Virus record (IMG/VR): IMGVR_UViG_3300045988_109767
Span: 1-64,000 of that record
Reading direction: 5' to 3' (one strand)
Origin: a virus
Length of the DNA: 64,000 bases
Part shown: in pieces, positions 8,885 to 18,707 of the stretch
Position numbering within the stretch: position 1 is the stretch's first letter
Layout: each line of letters begins with the position of its first letter
Notes under the pieces: model-generated
The model's input: the letters and a program-made list of their open reading frames with translations, nothing else
Database searches by the model: none
Told to the model about the DNA's origin: nothing
Program-made: the position numbers and the translations under genes

Positions 8885-10203
8885 ATTATGAATCTTTTAG
8901 ACATTTCCTCTGCAATATCATACACGACCGTATGATCCTCTTCATTGTACGGCTTATTGATATTCAGCACTCCTTTTCTCACTTTGAACTTCTTATCTTT
9001 TCTAAGGTGATTCAACATCCCTTGTTGGAACACACAGTCCGCCTTTTCAAGTGCTACACTATCTTCTGTCCATTCTTTCAGCGTATATCCTTTACTGCTC
9101 GTGCTTTTTGGAGAAAAGTTCATAATACGCGCGTCAATCCCATACCATGCTTTAACCATTCTTCTTTCAGCTTCTAATTGAAATGCGTATGATTCCCATA
9201 TTCCCCCTGATTTAAAGTCGAGAATAACCACTTCTTCCTTCTCCACGTCTCTTACCTCCTTCTTCGGATCACCTTTTTTGAACTGCCCCGTAGCCCTTTG
9301 ATACACGGCTCCAAAATAACCTTCTTCTTTGTATTTGAATGTCATTTTAACCATCGCATCTATCGGCGTAGCTACCAAATAATCTTCTAATGACAATATT
9401 CTTTCAATCATCATCGGCTTAACCTTATACTCCGAACAAAATTTAGCAAACTTCATAACCCTAACAATCATATCATCAAGATCATCTATGCTACCAAAGA
9501 ATTTGTCAAGATTCTTTTTTGATATTTTAAGCTTGCCTTCTTGCACTGTCTTAACTATAAAACTTCGATTTAAGACCATATCTCTACCTGTCAAGTACAA
9601 TCCGTATAGGTAGTGCATGATCGTTCCCTTATCGGCTTCATACTGCGCTATCTCTTCTGGATTGCGACCAAGCATCTTCATCTCTTGCTTCCATTCCTGA
9701 AGTGCTGTCTTATCATCTACATATCCGTCTTTGATTAAGGTTGTTACCGAAGCATATATCTTGGCTGTCCCATCATCCATCTTCCTTACATAAAAACGAT
9801 TGTCGTCTAATGTCAATCTTACGAATTTGGGAGTCTCGATCTTCTTTAACTCATCACAGATATAAAACGGCTCTAACGTTTCCTGATTTTCTGTAAACGG
9901 ATTCGAATCTTCCTCTCCAGGGTTAGGATCTGCTTCCTCTGCCGGAGCTTCCGGTTCTTCTCCCTGGGCCTGCTCTGGCTCAGGCGCCGGCTCTTTAACC
10001 ACTGGAACCTGTCCGCTTCTTTCTGCCATATCCTTGTTCTTTATCAAAGACATAACTTCTTTCTTTAATTGCTCTGGTGTTTGATTAGGATCTGATACCG
10101 ACATCACAACATCGTTCATTCTAAACAACGTATTTCCTTCTCCTTCCACCATAGGAATAAACCCTAAATCTGTCAATATTTTTATTTTCTGCTCCATCAT
10201 CAC
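8881..10203 (-). CDS. PD-(D/E)XK family exonuclease (RecB/YqaJ/Cas4-like fold) with acidic Pro/Glu-rich N-terminal linker
   Basis: VVILDFKSGG...YAFQLEAERRM matches the RecB-family motif III (hDYKtG) followed by the QhxxY motif. Confidence 0.5.
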   Translation of the reverse strand: MMMEQKIKILTDLGFIPMVEGEGNTLFRMNDVVMSVSDPNQTPEQLKKEVMSLIKNKDMAERSGQVPVVKEPAPEPEQAQGEEPEAPAEEADPNPGEEDSNPFTENQETLEPFYICDELKKIETPKFVRLTLDDNRFYVRKMDDGTAKIYASVTTLIKDGYVDDKTALQEWKQEMKMLGRNPEEIAQYEADKGTIMHYLYGLYLTGRDMVLNRSFIVKTVQEGKLKISKKNLDKFFGSIDDLDDMIVRVMKFAKFCSEYKVKPMMIERILSLEDYLVATPIDAMVKMTFKYKEEGYFGAVYQRATGQFKKGDPKKEVRDVEKEEVVILDFKSGGIWESYAFQLEAERRMVKAWYGIDARIMNFSPKSTSSKGYTLKEWTEDSVALEKADCVFQQGMLNHLRKDKKFKVRKGVLNINKPYNEEDHTVVYDIAEEMSKRFII

Positions 10204-10382
10204 ATTGTTTCAATTAATGCTTCTTTAACATAATACAATATAGTTTCAGCTTCATCCATATCTTGGACTGCCCCTTCAAAGTTAATTTCTCTCTCACTCT
10301 TTCCTCTTTTTATGTTGGCAATGAAAATGATTTCACCATCAGCTTCTATTGTAACCTTATATTTTTTTCTCATATTTGTCAA
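10200..10382 (-). CDS. hypothetical protein
   Basis: 60-aa ORF. Confidence 0.35.
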   Translation of the reverse strand: MTNMRKKYKVTIEADGEIIFIANIKRGKSEREINFEGAVQDMDEAETILYYVKEALIETM

Positions 10383-10881
10383 TTATTTCAATAATCAACC
10401 TACCTCTTTCTTTAATCATTCCCCTGCTTTCCATATCCAGTACCTTCTTTACCGCATATTTCCACACAAAAGGAAATTCTGTTTCAAGTTTATCAAATTC
10501 CATCCGGTCAAGATACATGTCGAATACCGTATGCTCCGATTCATGTAGAAAAACTATATTATCTCTGCAAGTGGCAACCGACTTATATATCCTTTTTGGA
10601 AGTATGTGACATACGTTACATACTGTAGGAAAATGAATAGCCTTACCAGTCATAGACATCCGAATACTATTCAGCTCTTCCAACATAAGACGAAAAAACC
10701 CGGATAAATCCGGGTTCTCTAACTTTTTCTTCTTGCTGCTGTTTTTAATGGATGTAATTCTGTTTTTTTTCTTCGGAGTCAACTCTTTGCTCCTGCAAGC
10801 CTGGCATAAGCCATGACTTCTTATCATCACTTTTCGTCCGCATCGTTCGCAGACGTATAGTTTCTTTTCCTTGCTTTCCAT
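10357..10881 (-). CDS. zinc-ribbon protein (CxxC...CxxC N-terminus)
   Basis: VCERCGRK...CQAC at the N-terminus; basic linker. Confidence 0.45.
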   Translation of the reverse strand: MESKEKKLYVCERCGRKVMIRSHGLCQACRSKELTPKKKNRITSIKNSSKKKKLENPDLSGFFRLMLEELNSIRMSMTGKAIHFPTVCNVCHILPKRIYKSVATCRDNIVFLHESEHTVFDMYLDRMEFDKLETEFPFVWKYAVKKVLDMESRGMIKERGRLIIEIIDKYEKKI

Positions 10882-11066
10882 TCGAATAATAATGATATTA
10901 TTGAAAAGAACAATCCCGCTGAAGCCAGTAGATAAGGTACGTTCATTAATAATTTAGATACCTCGTCTGTCTTAATCACTATCAGAAGGAAAGCGCCTGC
11001 TGAAAGCAATAATATTATCGCCACAACAAGCGCTATGTTGGAAACTACATCAGCCTTACTCTTCAC
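10827..11066 (-). CDS. small membrane protein (two TM helices)
   Basis: IALVVAIILLLSAGAFLLIVI and LLASAGLFFSIISLLF hydrophobic segments. Confidence 0.35.
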   Translation of the reverse strand: MKSKADVVSNIALVVAIILLLSAGAFLLIVIKTDEVSKLLMNVPYLLASAGLFFSIISLLFEWKARKRNYTSANDADEK

Positions 11067-11526
11067 TCTTCTTCTCGCCTAATTTTTCAGCTCCCTTCTG
11101 AAGATCGTATTTGAATACGTCAATGATCTTCGTTTCAGCAATAGCTTCGCAATTCCAGTCTCCTAACGTGCCCTGCATACCTTTAGTTAACACAGCCTCA
11201 GCGTCTTTCGGATTGCCGGCCTGGACATACATATAGCATGGCGTTTTCTTTTCTTTACCTTTCTTTTCATCCAGTGTAATGTAATTCACCTTACACTTAT
11301 ACCAGTACTCAGCTTCTCCGTTGAAGAAGATTTCCGACACTTTAATAGGATTTATTTTAACAATGTCGAACACTTGAAATAAATCCTTGAAAATCTCTAA
11401 AGATCTTGATTCTGCCTCTGTATAAGATAAGGCATCTACCAAATACTTTTCAGTTACTTTCTTTTTTTTGCCGTTCTCGATATTATCAATCTCGGCTTTT
11501 ACCGTAATTTCAAACCAGCGATTCAT
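11056..11526 (-). CDS. hypothetical protein
   Basis: 156-aa ORF. Confidence 0.45.
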   Translation of the reverse strand: MNRWFEITVKAEIDNIENGKKKKVTEKYLVDALSYTEAESRSLEIFKDLFQVFDIVKINPIKVSEIFFNGEAEYWYKCKVNYITLDEKKGKEKKTPCYMYVQAGNPKDAEAVLTKGMQGTLGDWNCEAIAETKIIDVFKYDLQKGAEKLGEKKSEE

Positions 11527-11537
11527 TGTATTAATAT

Positions 11538-11813
11538 TTAATTAGTTGATTTCTTTCCTTTCTCTATACTATTTTTAAATCTTTCAGAACACCACTGCAA
11601 AACGTCCATCATCATCATTTCATTATTAGATAAGATGCCTTTTATAATTAACGCCAATTGATGCTGTGACATTCTTAGGCTCATATCAAATCTTCTTTCC
11701 TCTTCATTTACTATCGTGGCTACGAAATACTTACACCCCTCTAAGTGCGTCAGGGCTTCAATCATAGCTTCTTTTATCTCTTTTTCTTCCATTCTGTTTG
11801 TTTTTTTGGACAA
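11538..11813 (-). CDS. hypothetical protein
   Basis: 91-aa ORF. Confidence 0.4.
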   Translation of the reverse strand: MSKKTNRMEEKEIKEAMIEALTHLEGCKYFVATIVNEEERRFDMSLRMSQHQLALIIKGILSNNEMMMMDVLQWCSERFKNSIEKGKKSTN

Positions 11814-11868
11814 AGATATGTCTTTTGATAATAAAAAAGATTCAAAATGATTTAATTTAGCTTAATTA

Positions 11869-12534
11869 CTACTCTTTTGATTCGTCCGGCATAGGCATGT
11901 CAAACTTTTTCCTGATAAACGATTCTGTTTCTTCATTGAATGGATAGGCCTCCTTAATAAAATTCATAGCTACCTCCATATCACCGTCTGCTATATCTTT
12001 ATACCTTTCAAAGATACCAACCAGGTCATTGTTATATGAACGCTCTTGTTTTATGTTGTACACGTATTTCAACACCCTGTCTTTAATTTCATTGGTTTTT
12101 TTCACAGTATCATTGAAAGAATTTATACTTTCCAATTCTGGATCTTCGTTTCCCTTGTTTGCCTTATCAAACTCTTCCTCGCTATATCCTGCTTCTCCTG
12201 TAATGGCCGGGCAAACACTTTTCCCTATGATCCAAAATTTTTCATACGAGCCTTTCAGATACCTTGATTCTGTTTTAAATGCATTATATTTAACAAGCAA
12301 ATTAGCCACCTCAGTTGCACCTTCTATGGTTCTAAAACCGATGCCGATATCTTTTAACATAAATATTGGAACTCCCGTTCTTGGATACACGATTTCTTTT
12401 TTGTCCTTTATATTCCAGTTTTTAGCTTCAATTGGAATACCTTTACCAGCAAGCTCTTTGTCTATATACAGATATATCTCTTTGCATGTCAATGACACAA
12501 TCTCATCTCTGCTTAAATCAAAAACTGTTTTCAT
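11869..12534 (-). CDS. hypothetical protein
   Basis: 221-aa ORF; the antisense 173-aa ORF 12029..12550 is judged spurious. Confidence 0.5.
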   Translation of the reverse strand: MKTVFDLSRDEIVSLTCKEIYLYIDKELAGKGIPIEAKNWNIKDKKEIVYPRTGVPIFMLKDIGIGFRTIEGATEVANLLVKYNAFKTESRYLKGSYEKFWIIGKSVCPAITGEAGYSEEEFDKANKGNEDPELESINSFNDTVKKTNEIKDRVLKYVYNIKQERSYNNDLVGIFERYKDIADGDMEVAMNFIKEAYPFNEETESFIRKKFDMPMPDESKE

Positions 12535-12733
12535 TTTTTTTATTCATTAAATTAAACAACTTACTTCTTTGTTTAGGCTCCGTATATTCCACCCATATAT
12601 CGGCTGCCACATTTCTAAGAAATTCCATAAAGTCTTGATGATCCCTGTATTCAGCAGAATCAACTTTTCTCACAAAACTTAGAATTTCCTTTAACATCTT
12701 GTTATTTTCTTCAAGAAGTTCTCTGTCGGTCAT
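12518..12733 (-). CDS. hypothetical protein
   Basis: 71-aa ORF. Confidence 0.4.
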   Translation of the reverse strand: MTDRELLEENNKMLKEILSFVRKVDSAEYRDHQDFMEFLRNVAADIWVEYTEPKQRSKLFNLMNKKNENSF

Positions 12734-12853
12734 AACCTTTCATATTTTCTTCTTAAGTCTTTACCTGCCCAGATATCATGATCTTTTTCTTGTTCTTGAT
12801 AAATCTTTGCTGCTTTTTCAATATCTTCTCTTTTCATAATTTTATACTTTAAT

Positions 12854-13108
12854 CTAACCTCCAATAAAATCATCGGGAGTTATATATCCTACTGATTCCA
12901 TACGGTCTATAATCTCATTCGCATTCATTTCTGAACCGTTCCATTCAAGTATGATTTCATTTCCTGAAGCCATGCTCAAATTAGGCTCATTATCTCTAAA
13001 TCCTGAGAAAGCAAGATGTCCCCAAATGGATTGCAGTGCAAGGTCCGCTTCGTTTTGTTTGTTTTCTGCTTTCTTTATGGCATTTTTTAATTTTTTATTC
13101 ATTATCAC
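12854..13108 (-). CDS. hypothetical protein
   Basis: 84-aa ORF. Confidence 0.4.
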   Translation of the reverse strand: MIMNKKLKNAIKKAENKQNEADLALQSIWGHLAFSGFRDNEPNLSMASGNEIILEWNGSEMNANEIIDRMESVGYITPDDFIGG

Positions 13109-13364
13109 CCCCCCCCTTTTTTTCTTCTTCGCATGGGAGCAAGTCCTCGATGTATGCCCAGCGCATATAATGATCCTTTTCTGAAAGTTCTTCCCATGGC
13201 TTGCTCTTGGTTAAATAGACCAAATCATAAGCACCGTCAATATCCTCCACAATGAGCAGCTTCCCTTTGTCTGGCTTTTCTCTTGCATCGTGCCACACGC
13301 TGTTAATGCGCCATTCTGCACCAGCTTTAAAAAGAGGAACAGCATATTCTATATCTTGTTTCAT
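13095..13364 (-). CDS. hypothetical protein
   Basis: 89-aa ORF. Confidence 0.4.
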   Translation of the reverse strand: MKQDIEYAVPLFKAGAEWRINSVWHDAREKPDKGKLLIVEDIDGAYDLVYLTKSKPWEELSEKDHYMRWAYIEDLLPCEEEKKGGGDNE

Positions 13365-13408
13365 GTCTTATTATTGTTTAATTAATTTAAATATTTTTAG
13401 TTTTGAAA

Positions 13409-13654
13409 TTATTTAATATGCTTATCGGCTGGATTGATTATCAGTCCATCGTCACATGAAGGGAATGATATGTTAGATTCTCCATTATCAAGATTAGTCA
13501 GTTTAACCGTTCCAGCATATTCATCATCCACAAAAAACAATTGACCCGAAGAAACCACAAACCTGCATTGATATGCATTCATCATTGCTCCAAGTTGTCT
13601 AATCTTAGTTTTAATCTCTAAAAGTTGAGCGTTGTTGATTATATTCTTATTCAT
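13409..13654 (-). CDS. hypothetical protein
   Basis: 81-aa ORF. Confidence 0.4.
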   Translation of the reverse strand: MNKNIINNAQLLEIKTKIRQLGAMMNAYQCRFVVSSGQLFFVDDEYAGTVKLTNLDNGESNISFPSCDDGLIINPADKHIK

Positions 13655-13807
13655 ATTTTATTAAAGTTTATCTATTATTTTGTCACCCATTTCCTGCCAT
13701 TCATCACTCACGCTTATAACCAATCCTATGACAGTGAATGATAATAACAATGTAAAAATAAGTCATAACAGAAAGCAGATAAAAACACATACATACCTCA
13801 TGATTTT

Positions 13808-14554
13808 TTAGTTGTTAGATAAAAGCAAAATCGGTTCATTTGACTCCGCAATTGCTTTTATTTGTTCTGGATTGATAAAACTCTTAACTTGTTCGCTTAT
13901 ATTACAAATGGACTTGATCATATCAACGAATAATTTCGAGGTACATTCGTTACACTCCACTTCCATTACCTGTTTATGTCTATTGTATGATATGCTCGTT
14001 ACACAATTCAGCCAGTGCGCATAAGTTCCTTTTTCTGTATTTAACCTGTCGTATTCTACTTTTGTCTCTCCATTTCCATATTCAATTACTCTTTTTAGAA
14101 ATGGTTTTGCATAAATACTAAAACCGAAAGGTTGGGGGTTTAAGGCATCTAAACTAGAAGTTCCATCCCTCCATTTTCCATTCTCATCATTTCCTGTCCA
14201 TTCCTTAGAGGGGTTAGGGACAATATTTCCGTTTTTGTCATATGAAAACGTGCAATTCGTTTCCAGTTGATACTTAATAACAGGCGCTTCTTCTACTATT
14301 TTATAACTCAAACATCTCTTCAGAACTTCCCTGATTTGACTTTCCAAATCAGAAAGTGCTATACTATTGAAATATCCTTCGTTGCCTAATCTGTTTGTAG
14401 GTAATTTGATCCTATAAGAATGAATCTTATCCACATCTTCTTTTGATAAAGTAGTGGTAAACACCCCTTCTTTGGTGACATTCACTTTAGCAGTTACAGA
14501 TAAACTGTTGTTAGCATTCTTTTCCGTTATATTTAGTGTTGTTAATGCTGCCAT
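13808..14554 (-). CDS. hypothetical protein
   Basis: 248-aa ORF. Confidence 0.5.
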   Translation of the reverse strand: MAALTTLNITEKNANNSLSVTAKVNVTKEGVFTTTLSKEDVDKIHSYRIKLPTNRLGNEGYFNSIALSDLESQIREVLKRCLSYKIVEEAPVIKYQLETNCTFSYDKNGNIVPNPSKEWTGNDENGKWRDGTSSLDALNPQPFGFSIYAKPFLKRVIEYGNGETKVEYDRLNTEKGTYAHWLNCVTSISYNRHKQVMEVECNECTSKLFVDMIKSICNISEQVKSFINPEQIKAIAESNEPILLLSNN

Positions 14555-14572
14555 AATCAGATCTTTTTAAAA

Positions 14573-14824
14573 TCAATTTGAATAAATATAATGCATTCCT
14601 GCTTCATACACCTTATGTACATCAGGGTCATTCTTGTCTTCCGGTTCCAATTCGCTCTCTTCACGAGTATAATCCCATTCAGAGTTGTAGTACATATCCT
14701 CGTTTGTTTTTTCCAAGGAACAATCTTTCATTAGATTCATATTTTCTCCCCATACTGCAACTTCTTGTCGTTGCTCTTCTTCCGTCATAAGGGATATTTT
14801 GTCTTTCAATTCTTTCCAGGTCAT
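14573..14824 (-). CDS. hypothetical acidic protein
   Basis: 83-aa ORF. Confidence 0.4.
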   Translation of the reverse strand: MTWKELKDKISLMTEEEQRQEVAVWGENMNLMKDCSLEKTNEDMYYNSEWDYTREESELEPEDKNDPDVHKVYEAGMHYIYSN

Positions 14825-14848
14825 GATTTTTAAAAGATGATTAATAGT

Positions 14849-15232
14849 TTATTCTACATCAAAAAGCTGATCTAACACCAACAATTCCGCATTCATATCT
14901 TCATCTTTCGGGAAACGAACTTTTATATTTCCAAACTTAGATGTCTTAAACAAGATGTAGGGGTTCATATCTTCGGCAGTCACCGGCTTATACTCCTTAA
15001 CTTCCGACATCTTGAGATACCAGTCACCTATTTTTACAAACCCAGAAAAGATAGAACACAGATGCGCTTTTACAGACTGTATCTCCTTTTTATCTTTGAA
15101 AGGTATAATTTCGTCCTTTCCCCTTATCCTGATTGACAAGAAAGGACGAATGTTATCTGTTTCATTTTGAAATTTGAAGCCTGTTATGGCTTGCTTGGGG
15201 ATTCTTCTTCCCATTAATATAAAATAGCTCAT
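14849..15232 (-). CDS. hypothetical protein
   Basis: 127-aa ORF. Confidence 0.45.
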   Translation of the reverse strand: MSYFILMGRRIPKQAITGFKFQNETDNIRPFLSIRIRGKDEIIPFKDKKEIQSVKAHLCSIFSGFVKIGDWYLKMSEVKEYKPVTAEDMNPYILFKTSKFGNIKVRFPKDEDMNAELLVLDQLFDVE

Positions 15233-15576
15233 TGTGATAAGTGATTTTGTTTTATATCAGGTAAGTAATTTGTAATAACATCAAGTGATATCCACAACTC
15301 TGGCTCTATGCTGTTTTTTATTCTATCACTGAAAAGAGAATTATCATCACAATCACAATGAGAGATTGTGACATAACAATCTTGATAATCCCACCAATGA
15401 GCCGATTTAAAATCGTCCCCTCCATTCCAGAATCCTATTCTTATACCTCTTGGGTTGAAATCTTCATCTATCCAACTTGGATGATAAGCCAACACTTCTT
15501 CTCCCTCTGAAGGTTTTTCCTCTTTGAATTTCTTCCAGTTCATATCACTTTTAATTAGTTGGACACAAATGTACAA
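15229..15576 (-). CDS. hypothetical protein
   Basis: 115-aa ORF. Confidence 0.45.
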   Translation of the reverse strand: MYICVQLIKSDMNWKKFKEEKPSEGEEVLAYHPSWIDEDFNPRGIRIGFWNGGDDFKSAHWWDYQDCYVTISHCDCDDNSLFSDRIKNSIEPELWISLDVITNYLPDIKQNHLSQ

Positions 15577-16352
15577 GTTTTACTAAGATACCCTTCTGTC
15601 ATCTCTATAAAGTTCACACAATCTAATTTGCTTAATTTGTAAATCAATGCCGGATTGTGTACTATGGCTATAATTTGTGTTTGTGGTTTATGGAATGACA
15701 ATACATTATAAATTTGCATTATATTGTCAATGTCAAGATTCCTGTCTGGCTCATCCATGAGAACCGTGTATTCAAAACTGCTTTTTGTTAATGTTATGCG
15801 ATTTCTTTTATAATACTTCAACAGATTATCAATTCTTTTAATCCAAAACGCATTTGATTTTTTCTTGTATTCTACAAGATCTTGTATTGGAAACGTATAA
15901 TCCTTTTGACCGAACATTAAATTGAAAAGTGATTCCAATGATAACACCACTTTCTCTCCATAAGATCTTCGAATATTATTCACATACAAATCTAAATTGC
16001 TGATGTTTTTCAATACACTATCTCGATTCATCTCCGCCGATGGCAATAAACGGAATACTTTCCCTATATAATCGGATGATATGTCAATCCCATCAAGAAC
16101 CTTGTCATCATCATCAAATATAGGCGGAAAATCCAGTGCCTCGGTCGGCATTTCAGAACACATGGACTTCTCACATAACGCATACATTGATATGATGTTA
16201 AGTAAGGTTGATTTTCCACTACCGTTTTTTCCTACAATCACATTCACTCCTGGCTTGAAAATAAATTCTCTACCATTTTCAAACGCTTCTATGTCAGAAA
16301 CGTATTCAAAAGGAGTTTTTGTATTGTCTTTTATTTTTACTGATGTTATCAT
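15555..16352 (-). CDS. minimal ABC-type ATPase (AAA_21/SMC-like nucleotide-binding domain only)
   Basis: Walker A VIVGKNGSGKSTLL; signature-like RSYGEKVVLSL; Walker B VLMDEPDRNLD; H-loop IAIVHN; all ABC motifs in 265 aa. Confidence 0.65.
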   Translation of the reverse strand: MITSVKIKDNTKTPFEYVSDIEAFENGREFIFKPGVNVIVGKNGSGKSTLLNIISMYALCEKSMCSEMPTEALDFPPIFDDDDKVLDGIDISSDYIGKVFRLLPSAEMNRDSVLKNISNLDLYVNNIRRSYGEKVVLSLESLFNLMFGQKDYTFPIQDLVEYKKKSNAFWIKRIDNLLKYYKRNRITLTKSSFEYTVLMDEPDRNLDIDNIMQIYNVLSFHKPQTQIIAIVHNPALIYKLSKLDCVNFIEMTEGYLSKTCTFVSN

Positions 16353-16363
16353 TGTAATCCTTT

Positions 16364-17218
16364 TTAAAAATCAATTACCGTCCGAACCATGTCTCCGATG
16401 TGCTTGTTGCCGGTGCCCGTGAGGCCACTGGAGAAGACCACGTACCACGCGACGGCCTGGCTGCTCTCAGTACTGGACCAATACCACGTCGAGGAGAGGG
16501 GAGATGCCGAAACATAAGCGAATGCTTTATTTAGTTCGTTCATATAATGGGCCATTAAATTTAATTGACCAAGAGATGGTATATACTCGCCATCTTCCAG
16601 CAGATTTCTCAATTTTGGATTTCTGGTTACAAGGCGTTCCGTATTGCCGCGTCCGTCAATGTCAAACAGCGCATCACATTCACGTTCGTAATATGTCCCA
16701 CTTCCGGATTCTTCACGGCTATCATCGTCAAGCAATTGTACGCTATCATGCTCCGTCAGTGAGATTGCAAATGACATGTATCTGTGCTTCAACCCGATGT
16801 ATCGTACACAATCTTTTGAGTTATGGCCGGTAAACGGCTCTGCATGTCCGTCTTTGTAGATTATATACAGTCCATCAGTTGACTCTTTCTTATCCTCTTC
16901 GGATGGCACTCTGTTTTCACATGTACATTTCTCACTTTTGGATCTTACGATTATATTCAACTCATTTAATACATGATCCCTGATGACGTTCTCGCACGCT
17001 TTTCTTACAAAATCATGATCTTTTCGTTTGAGTTCATCATTCACCATGCATCTGATCCAGTTTTCTATCTGGTTGTCACCTCCATATGTATTAACCATGT
17101 ACCGTTTTACGTGTTTCTCCAATAACGGCTCTATGTTTTTGATTATATCTTCTTTGGTAAGGTGAAGTTCATTTAATATACAGCTCCTTACTGCCTTGTA
17201 TTCTTTACTTGTGCTCAT
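16364..17218 (-). CDS. protein with C-terminal DUF1566/Fib_succ_major-like (C-type-lectin/FGE-like fold) domain
   Basis: C-terminal IPSLGQLNLMAHYMNEL...STWYWSSTESSQAVAWYVVFSSG...VRTV matches the LPxxxEL...YWSST...AWxVxF..G pattern. Confidence 0.4.
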   Translation of the reverse strand: MSTSKEYKAVRSCILNELHLTKEDIIKNIEPLLEKHVKRYMVNTYGGDNQIENWIRCMVNDELKRKDHDFVRKACENVIRDHVLNELNIIVRSKSEKCTCENRVPSEEDKKESTDGLYIIYKDGHAEPFTGHNSKDCVRYIGLKHRYMSFAISLTEHDSVQLLDDDSREESGSGTYYERECDALFDIDGRGNTERLVTRNPKLRNLLEDGEYIPSLGQLNLMAHYMNELNKAFAYVSASPLSSTWYWSSTESSQAVAWYVVFSSGLTGTGNKHIGDMVRTVIDF

Positions 17219-17229
17219 GATATGCCCAT

Positions 17230-17697
17230 TTAATACTGTGAATCATATTTTCTTTCTCTCCCGCTGTCTTCCCCTATAGGATTATCCCATCCGTATTTTA
17301 CAGCCGTAGCTTTAAATAGAGGTAGCCCGTAAAATCCATAATCATCCTCATCCCAGTCTTCAAGACCTTCTTCCAGGATGTAGTTCCACATCATCACACA
17401 TTCAAACATTAAACTGGCTGATATCCCTCTCTGATTTAATGCCTTTTCAAAACCGAATCTTACATCTTCTTCAAGCTGTTTCAAAACATTCTCCCTGGTA
17501 AATTCAACTACAGTACTATTCCACCTTTCTTCGTTATTGTATTCTTCGTTCGGCTCCATACCGAAATCCTTTATCATGTTATATGGGATAAATTTAGCCA
17601 GTCTGTTAAAATCTCTACCGTCTAAACATTTTGATGCTAATTCTTTAAGTTGTTCTAATGTTTTCATAAGCAATTTTGTTTTATAGGTTAATCCCAT
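17230..17697 (-). CDS. hypothetical acidic protein
   Basis: 155-aa ORF. Confidence 0.45.
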   Translation of the reverse strand: MGLTYKTKLLMKTLEQLKELASKCLDGRDFNRLAKFIPYNMIKDFGMEPNEEYNNEERWNSTVVEFTRENVLKQLEEDVRFGFEKALNQRGISASLMFECVMMWNYILEEGLEDWDEDDYGFYGLPLFKATAVKYGWDNPIGEDSGRERKYDSQY

Positions 17698-18350
17698 CCT
17701 CCAGTAGTGTACAAAGATACATCTTCCTCTTCTACATTTACACCTTTAAGAGCCTGTAGAAGTTTTTTCTTTGTCTCCCGGCACATATTGTAACCATATC
17801 CTTTATACCGATATGAGCGCTCCCATGTACTTACCGGAAAAGGAATATTTTCGTCAATGACCAGCCTCTTCATATGAAGATGTTCGAAGAATTTCTCATG
17901 ATAGAGTAGTTTGTACTCGTATGCTACTATACTTGCAGATGAGAATGGAAAATAATCATCTTCTTTTTCTTCGTATTTGGGCTCCTTATAGTAAGCCATT
18001 TTTGTCACAGTAAAATCGAAGCTCCTAAGAATCTCTTTCGGCTTTCCAAACTCTGACTCTATGAACTCTATCCATACCTTTTCTCCCTCTTTCTGGAACG
18101 CACATACCTTCTCATTTCTGTACTTAAATTTCCATCCTTCTTTCTGATGTTTTTCATCATTGAACGAATCAATAGCCTCCTGAAAATCGCTTTCACTTTC
18201 AAAGAAAATATCAATGTCTTTTACTCTTTCTCCGGAAAGGATATTTTTAAAACATCCACCAGCTATGAACCCTTTGTGACCTTCCATATACTTGTCAAGC
18301 CATCTTATTTGCCAGAAATTATCTGGAGTATCTATTACAAAATTATTCAT
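17688..18350 (-). CDS. putative nucleotidyltransferase (pol-beta superfamily)
   Basis: GFIAGGCFKNILSGERVKDIDIFF fits the [GS]-x(9-13)-DhD NTase signature; further acidic residues downstream (SFDFTV). Confidence 0.4.
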   Translation of the reverse strand: MNNFVIDTPDNFWQIRWLDKYMEGHKGFIAGGCFKNILSGERVKDIDIFFESESDFQEAIDSFNDEKHQKEGWKFKYRNEKVCAFQKEGEKVWIEFIESEFGKPKEILRSFDFTVTKMAYYKEPKYEEKEDDYFPFSSASIVAYEYKLLYHEKFFEHLHMKRLVIDENIPFPVSTWERSYRYKGYGYNMCRETKKKLLQALKGVNVEEEDVSLYTTGGWD

Positions 18351-18368
18351 ATCGTTTATGTTTTGCTA

Positions 18369-18623
18369 TTACCAAGCGAGATAAAAATTCCGCTTCACAA
18401 TAATACAGTGAGTGTAATTGCTTAGGTCGATTCCGTTGTCCGTAAATGCATCCAGGACCCGTTTTTCCACGTATTTGAGTTTTACTGTTATCCCCTTCTT
18501 AAACACTTCTATTAACTTCTCATTGCACTCAATAGGTCCAATAAGACAGTATCTATTCGAGGGACTGTCTGATATACAATATGTCTGACATCCTAGCATG
18601 TTGCTTAAAATATTCTCATACAT
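18369..18623 (-). CDS. hypothetical protein
   Basis: 84-aa ORF. Confidence 0.35.
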   Translation of the reverse strand: MYENILSNMLGCQTYCISDSPSNRYCLIGPIECNEKLIEVFKKGITVKLKYVEKRVLDAFTDNGIDLSNYTHCIIVKRNFYLAW

Positions 18624-18707
18624 ATTTTTATGATTTTAATATGATATTTACAAACGTCGAAACTGATAGTGACTCGCCGTATTTACGATCTTTGACAAAG
18701 CCCCTGC

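Noticed and set aside
12029-12550. 173-aa plus-strand ORF
   Set aside because: Fully antisense to the 221-aa minus gene 11869..12534 in a uniformly minus-strand block. The peptide is Ser/Leu/Phe-rich low complexity.
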